Source of the DNA: Hemiscyllium ocellatum | Taxonomy: Eukaryota | Direction: 5' to 3' | DNA length: 64,000 bases | Assembly (NCBI RefSeq): GCF_020745735.1 | Contig: NC_083409.1 | Coordinates: 17,442,341 to 17,506,340, forward strand | Shown here: positions 59,546 through 64,000 of the stretch, one piece after another | How the letters are laid out: the number at the start of each line of letters is the position of its first letter | Position numbering within the stretch: the first letter of the stretch is position 1 | Position numbers and translations under genes: made by a program | Notes under the pieces: generated by a model | Told to the model about the DNA's origin: nothing | What the model saw: the letters and a program-made list of their open reading frames with translations, nothing else | Databases searched by the model: none

Positions 59546-60214
59546 TCAGAAGAAGTTCTGAATTAGTGCAAGTGATCTCAAGAGCTGCTCAAAGTTTTCA
59601 ACGTTTTCCTGAAAATCACAAATACAGTCCACTTACATGAATAAAAATCAATTGTCCTTTCTGAAATAATTTAAAACCAAAAAATAAAATCAAGACTTAT
59701 AATGAAGTAAGTGCAAGTATTTAAAATCCTCAATACTTCTGCCTTCCACTTCAGTCATGCAGATATAGTCCTCCTCACTCAGAGGGAGTATTCAGTGTCT
59801 GGTATCAGCCATTGTTCAGAGTCTCAGAGCTAACAGACACCAAACACATATCATCGCACCACTAGATATACTTTTTAAAAAGGTAAACGCAGGTGTAAAT
59901 ACAAAACAAAATTAAATGTGCAATCTTCTTTGAATTCAAGTCTATGCTACAGTTTGGATAAATAAATGGGATCGGGTTGTATATAAATAGGTCAGGAGAA
60001 AGGTTGGCACTTTTGGTATCCACATCCTGCCAGTCGTCTGACTCCAGTAAGGATCGATATCCCAAACCACCTACTTATTGAGGAAATTCTATGCCAGATG
60101 TCAAAACTCAATCAGAGAGAGGAGTTTAGAGTCCGAGGTGGATTCTCTTCCGCTCGGGGCATGAGGTTTGGTTTTCTTCTGGAGTCCACAAGTTGGCCGA
60201 TGGCATGGCCCATG

Positions 60215-60379
60215 TTAGGATAACATGAGTTTTAACTGTTGCCCCTGAATCTGATTCAGTACATTTATTGTGTCTTTTATCAGAGCTTCAAAAATATAAT
60301 CTGCCAACTGCATCTTCACACAAAGCTCATCCTCATCATAATTCACCCATTGGGCTTCCTCCTCATAAAGCTCTTGAAC
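60215..60379 (-). CDS. CEP350: CEP350 (centrosome-associated protein 350) terminal coding exon, 54 aa
   Basis: Acceptor CTGTTTTTTCTGGCAG, phase 0. VQELYEEEAQWVNYDEDELCVKMQLADYIFEALIKDTINVLNQIQGQQLKLMLS*; recalled human end VQELHEEEAQWVNYDEDELCVKMQLADGIFETLIKDTIDVLNQI. Upstream exons not seen in the window. Confidence 0.9.
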   Translation of the reverse strand, partial: VQELYEEEAQWVNYDEDELCVKMQLADYIFEALIKDTINVLNQIQGQQLKLMLS

Positions 60380-61608
60380 CTGCCAGAAAAAACAGAGGGG
60401 GTGTTATTGTTTTTATATCAAGATTTATTTGTTACAGCTCTTTCCTCTCGTACTGAGCAGTGTTTGCCCTGAAATCACTCAGACTTCAGGCCTCCCACTT
60501 TCCTTGTGTCCAGTATCACACAAGTGGCCATTCCCACACAGCAAGTGGAGCTTGGACAGGAGTTCTGGAGGGCTCGCTGCGAGATCAATGGAGAGTCACT
60601 AGTTATTCTTGTACAAAACAATACCAAGTCTGAGAAGGTTAAGGACTGGCTACATAAATTAGGTCTGACCTGAATATTTCCAGCATTTTTTACTTTTATT
60701 TGATAAACGAGGCCTGCATTCTCTTGAGTAAAGATGATTAGGGGATGGATCTATAGAAGTGACTGAGATGATTAAACGATTTGACAGCGAAGGAAGTGAG
60801 AAACTAGTTCCTTTAGCGAGGCATGCCAGAAATAGGGCATGCAGGAAAATAAGACTTAGGTTGATTAGGGGGATGATGTGAAGAAGCCTTTTGTCACACA
60901 AACAATACTAAAATAATCTGGTTCCTTCCAGCCTTAAAAAACTATTGTGACTGTTACAACATTTCAATACGAGTGTTGACAGATATTTGTAAGGTCAAAT
61001 AACAGTTCAGAAAAATTAGGAGATCAATATACAAAGGTAGATACAAATCAGCTATGATTAGGAGTACGGGGACAGACTGAAGGGTGCTGCTGGCTTAATC
61101 CTGTTCCTACCTGGTTTTGAATTTGATTCCAATGCCACAACTCCTCAAACCAGGGAGATCAATCACCAATATTGCCAGTAACATAATAAACGAGTGGAGA
61201 TGTTTTACTCAGTATGCACAACCAGAAAGGAATACCCACCACAAGGAAAGAGCTGGTGAGTGTAACTGGATTACACGTTTTAACTTTAGGCTGGCCCTCT
61301 GCCCTGGTGTAGCTGTGGCCTGACGGTATCACTACTTGAGCTGGTGCAGAGCAGAGACTTCCAACCCTTGCCTAATGGACGCACGCTATCAGCTGGAAAT
61401 GTTTGATCCAAAGAGGGAAAAAAAGCAATGATTTGAAATTTTTGGCATACCAAGCACCCAATTTTTTAAAACTTCAGTGTTGGGATGCATGTTGCCCCCC
61501 CCCCACCCCATTTCTCTTTGGAATGATATTTATCCTGAAGTGCTGCAGCCTGCGTGTTGAAGGTACTCCCACAGCACTGCAAGCTCAGGGATTCCAGGAG
61601 ATTAACCG

Positions 61609-62420
61609 TGTAAATATAAAAGGAAAGGTGATATCTGACCAAGTCAAGGTGGTGGTGTGGCCTGAAGATAACGGTGTTCTTACAGACCTGTTAAACTCAT
61701 CAATCTGCTGACACATGTGCTGTGACACACCAACACATGGGGAGGACTGGAAAGGTCTGCAAAAACTGTCTTCTAATTTTTCTATACTTTTCATTTTGGA
61801 CTCAAATGGGGATAAAGCGATTTTAAACCCCAAGGATTGTTCAGGGATTGCTGGAACTTCTCATTAGCAAGTTCCCTGACACACACTAAGTGCTGCTCAC
61901 ACAGTTCAAGCAATATTAGATGGCTTTCAGACAAGCTGCAGCCAAGGGCTGTGTTCAACAGGATCTTCAGTCAACAGTAAGTAGGTAACTAGTCACTAGG
62001 CTATAGACAAATATCCTTCGGACAAAAACGGAGATTGGCTCCCAGGTAACTGATCAGCTGGGGCTGTATACAAGTGAATTGAGAAATCACCAGATCTCCA
62101 CAAGTTAAGGATCTGTCTCTGCAGTAAAAAGCCTGAAGAAAACCAGCTTCTTTTCCCTTCAGCACTTGCTATAAGCTGTGGCTATTAATTGATAAGTTAC
62201 AGACTTGTACACGTGTGAACTAGTCACTCTGTGCCTCCTGAAAACCAATGGAAGCATCTGGAGAAGGAAGATCAAGGAACAGCATTCTGATCAGCACAAG
62301 GATTATCTCAGAAAAAGCCATCAATAGGTCCATGGAAGTACGTTCCCAGTCTTTCTCTTTATGCAAAACACACAGTGCACTTTGTCCAGTCTTTCTGTCT
62401 GTGTATGTGTAATGAGGAAT
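61609..62420. mobile_element. Possible solo-LTR-like sequence
   Basis: Starts TGT, non-coding, LTR-like composition; right end cut by a CR1. No paired LTR seen. Confidence 0.25.
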
Positions 62421-62431
62421 GCATGTGGAAG

Positions 62432-64000
62432 GGCTTGTTAGTTTGAGGAGGGTCTGCCTACTGAGTCAGTATGGGTGGAAATTAGGAACAGCAAGGGAGC
62501 AGTCACCTCATTAAGGGTTTACTACAGGCCCTACAATAGCAGCAGGGAGATTGAAGAAAACATAGGTCAGCAGATTTTGGAAAAGTGTGAATGTAGTCGG
62601 GTTGTTGTAATGGGTGACTTTAACTTTCCCAATATTGATTGGAACCTCCTTTGAGCAGATGGTTTGGAAGGAGCTGTTTTTGTAAGATGTGTTCAGGAGG
62701 GTTTCCTAACTCAGTACATTGACAGGCTGACGAGGGGAGAGGCTATTTTGTATTTGGTGCTCGGCAATGAGCCGGGGCAGGTGTCAGATCTTGTGGTGGG
62801 AGAGCATTTTGGTGATAGTGACCACAACCGCCTCACATTCTACATAGCTATGGAGAAGGAGAGAAGCAGGCACAATGTGAGGATATTTAATTGAGGAAAA
62901 GGAAACTATGATGCTATCAGACTTGAGTTGGGAAGCATGGACTGGGAGCGATTGTTCCATGGAAAGGGCACTATAGACATGTGGAGACTGTTTAAGGAAC
63001 AGTTGTTGCGAGTGATGCATAAATGTGTTCCTCTGAGACAGGCAAGAAGGGCTAAGATAAAGAAACCTTGGATGACGAGAGCGGGGGAGGTTTTCGTCAA
63101 AAGAAAGAAGGCAGCTTACGGAAAGTGGACGAAGCTAGGGTCTCGCTCAGCTCTAGACGATTACAGGCAGGCGAGGAAGGAGCTCTAAAATGGTCTGAGG
63201 AGAGCCAGGAGGGGGCACGAAAAAGGCTTGGCAGGAAATATTAGGGAGAATCCAACGGCATTTTACACATATGTGAGGAATAAGAGAATGATCAAAGAAA
63301 GAGTAGGGCCGATCAGGGATAGCATAGGGAACTTGTGTATTGATTCCGAGGAGGTAGGGAAAGACCTAACTGGGTTTTTTGCTTCTGTTTTTACTGAAGA
63401 AAAGATTCTTGTAGTGAATGAAACCATTGAGGAGCAGGTAAGCATGCTGGAACGGATAGAGATTGAGGAAGCTGATGTGCTGAAAATTTTGACAAACATT
63501 AAAATTGACAAGTCACCAGGGCCAGACCAGGTTTATCCTCGGCTGCTTTGGAAGCGAGAAATGTGATTGCTTCACCGATTGCGAAGATCTTTGCATCCTC
63601 GCTCTCCACCGGAATCATACCTGGAACTGGAGGGAGGCAAACGTAATTTCTCTCTTCAAGAAAGGAAATAGGGAAATCCCCAGCAATTATAGACTAGTCA
63701 GTCTCACGTCTGTCGTCTTCAAGGTGTTAGAAAGGATTCTGAGGGATAGGATTTATGATCATCTGGAAGAGCATGGCTTGAATAAATGCAGTCAGCTCGG
63801 CTTTGTGAGCTGCAGGTCATACCTCACGAATCTTATTGAGTTCTTTAAGGATGTTACTAGACAAGTTGATGAGGGTCAAGTGGTGGATGTGATGTATATG
63901 GACTTCAGCAAGACATTTGATAAGATTCCCCATGGTAGGCTAGTTCAGAAGGTCATACAGGGAAGTTTAACTGTCTGGATACAGAATTGGCTGGTCGATA
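62432..64000 (+). mobile_element. CR1 ORF2 (APE to RT), disrupted, runs off the window
   Basis: GDFNFPNIDW, VGEHFGDSDHN, IDKSPGPDQVYPRLLW, QLGFVSCRSYLTNLIEF. Confidence 0.92.

Noticed and set aside
6471-60700. Further PLE-like tail fragments at ~6520-6570, 52809-52852, 55330-55408 and 60655-60700
   Set aside because: Too short or decayed; no hammerhead core or TSD could be supported.
63671-63680. Perfect NF-kB site GGGAAATCCC
   Set aside because: Lies inside CR1 ORF2 coding sequence, far from the Ig gene.

Overview
This is eukaryotic genomic DNA from a cartilaginous fish (shark). That inference rests on HE1-type V-SINEs, HER1/CR1 LINEs and a cluster-type Ig gene. Most of the window is retroelement debris: CR1-clade LINEs including one near-full-length young copy (48789-52671), a 5'-truncated L1/Tx1-like LINE, a Gmr1-like Gypsy remnant, two SINE families and short Penelope-like (PLE) terminal-repeat elements. 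Three host loci sit inside it, none apparent as a complete protein in the ORF track. (1) A single kappa-type Ig light-chain minicluster on + (promoter, leader, V with 12-RSS, J, 10.1-kb intron, C; 22148-33749). It looks non-functional: V has two in-frame stops and a CDR1 deletion, J has lost its RSS heptamer and most of its spacer, and C is open but has motif-breaking substitutions. (2) The last two exons of an RNase L (KEN-domain) gene on - (45448-45324 and 39781-39661), with matching intron phase, conserved catalytic Y/R/N/H spacing, an in-frame TAG, and no recognisable ankyrin/kinase exons upstream. (3) The terminal coding exon of CEP350 on - (60379-60215). The main leads are the RNase L remnant and its CEP350-RNASEL-IgK linkage, several ~130-200 bp TSD-flanked PLE-derived mini-elements carrying minimal hammerhead ribozymes, the J-RSS deletion ending near the RAG cut position, and a PU.1-IRF/RUNX/E-box enhancer-like island. 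Homology calls are from recalled motifs, not database searches. Repeat boundaries are approximate (tens of bp).
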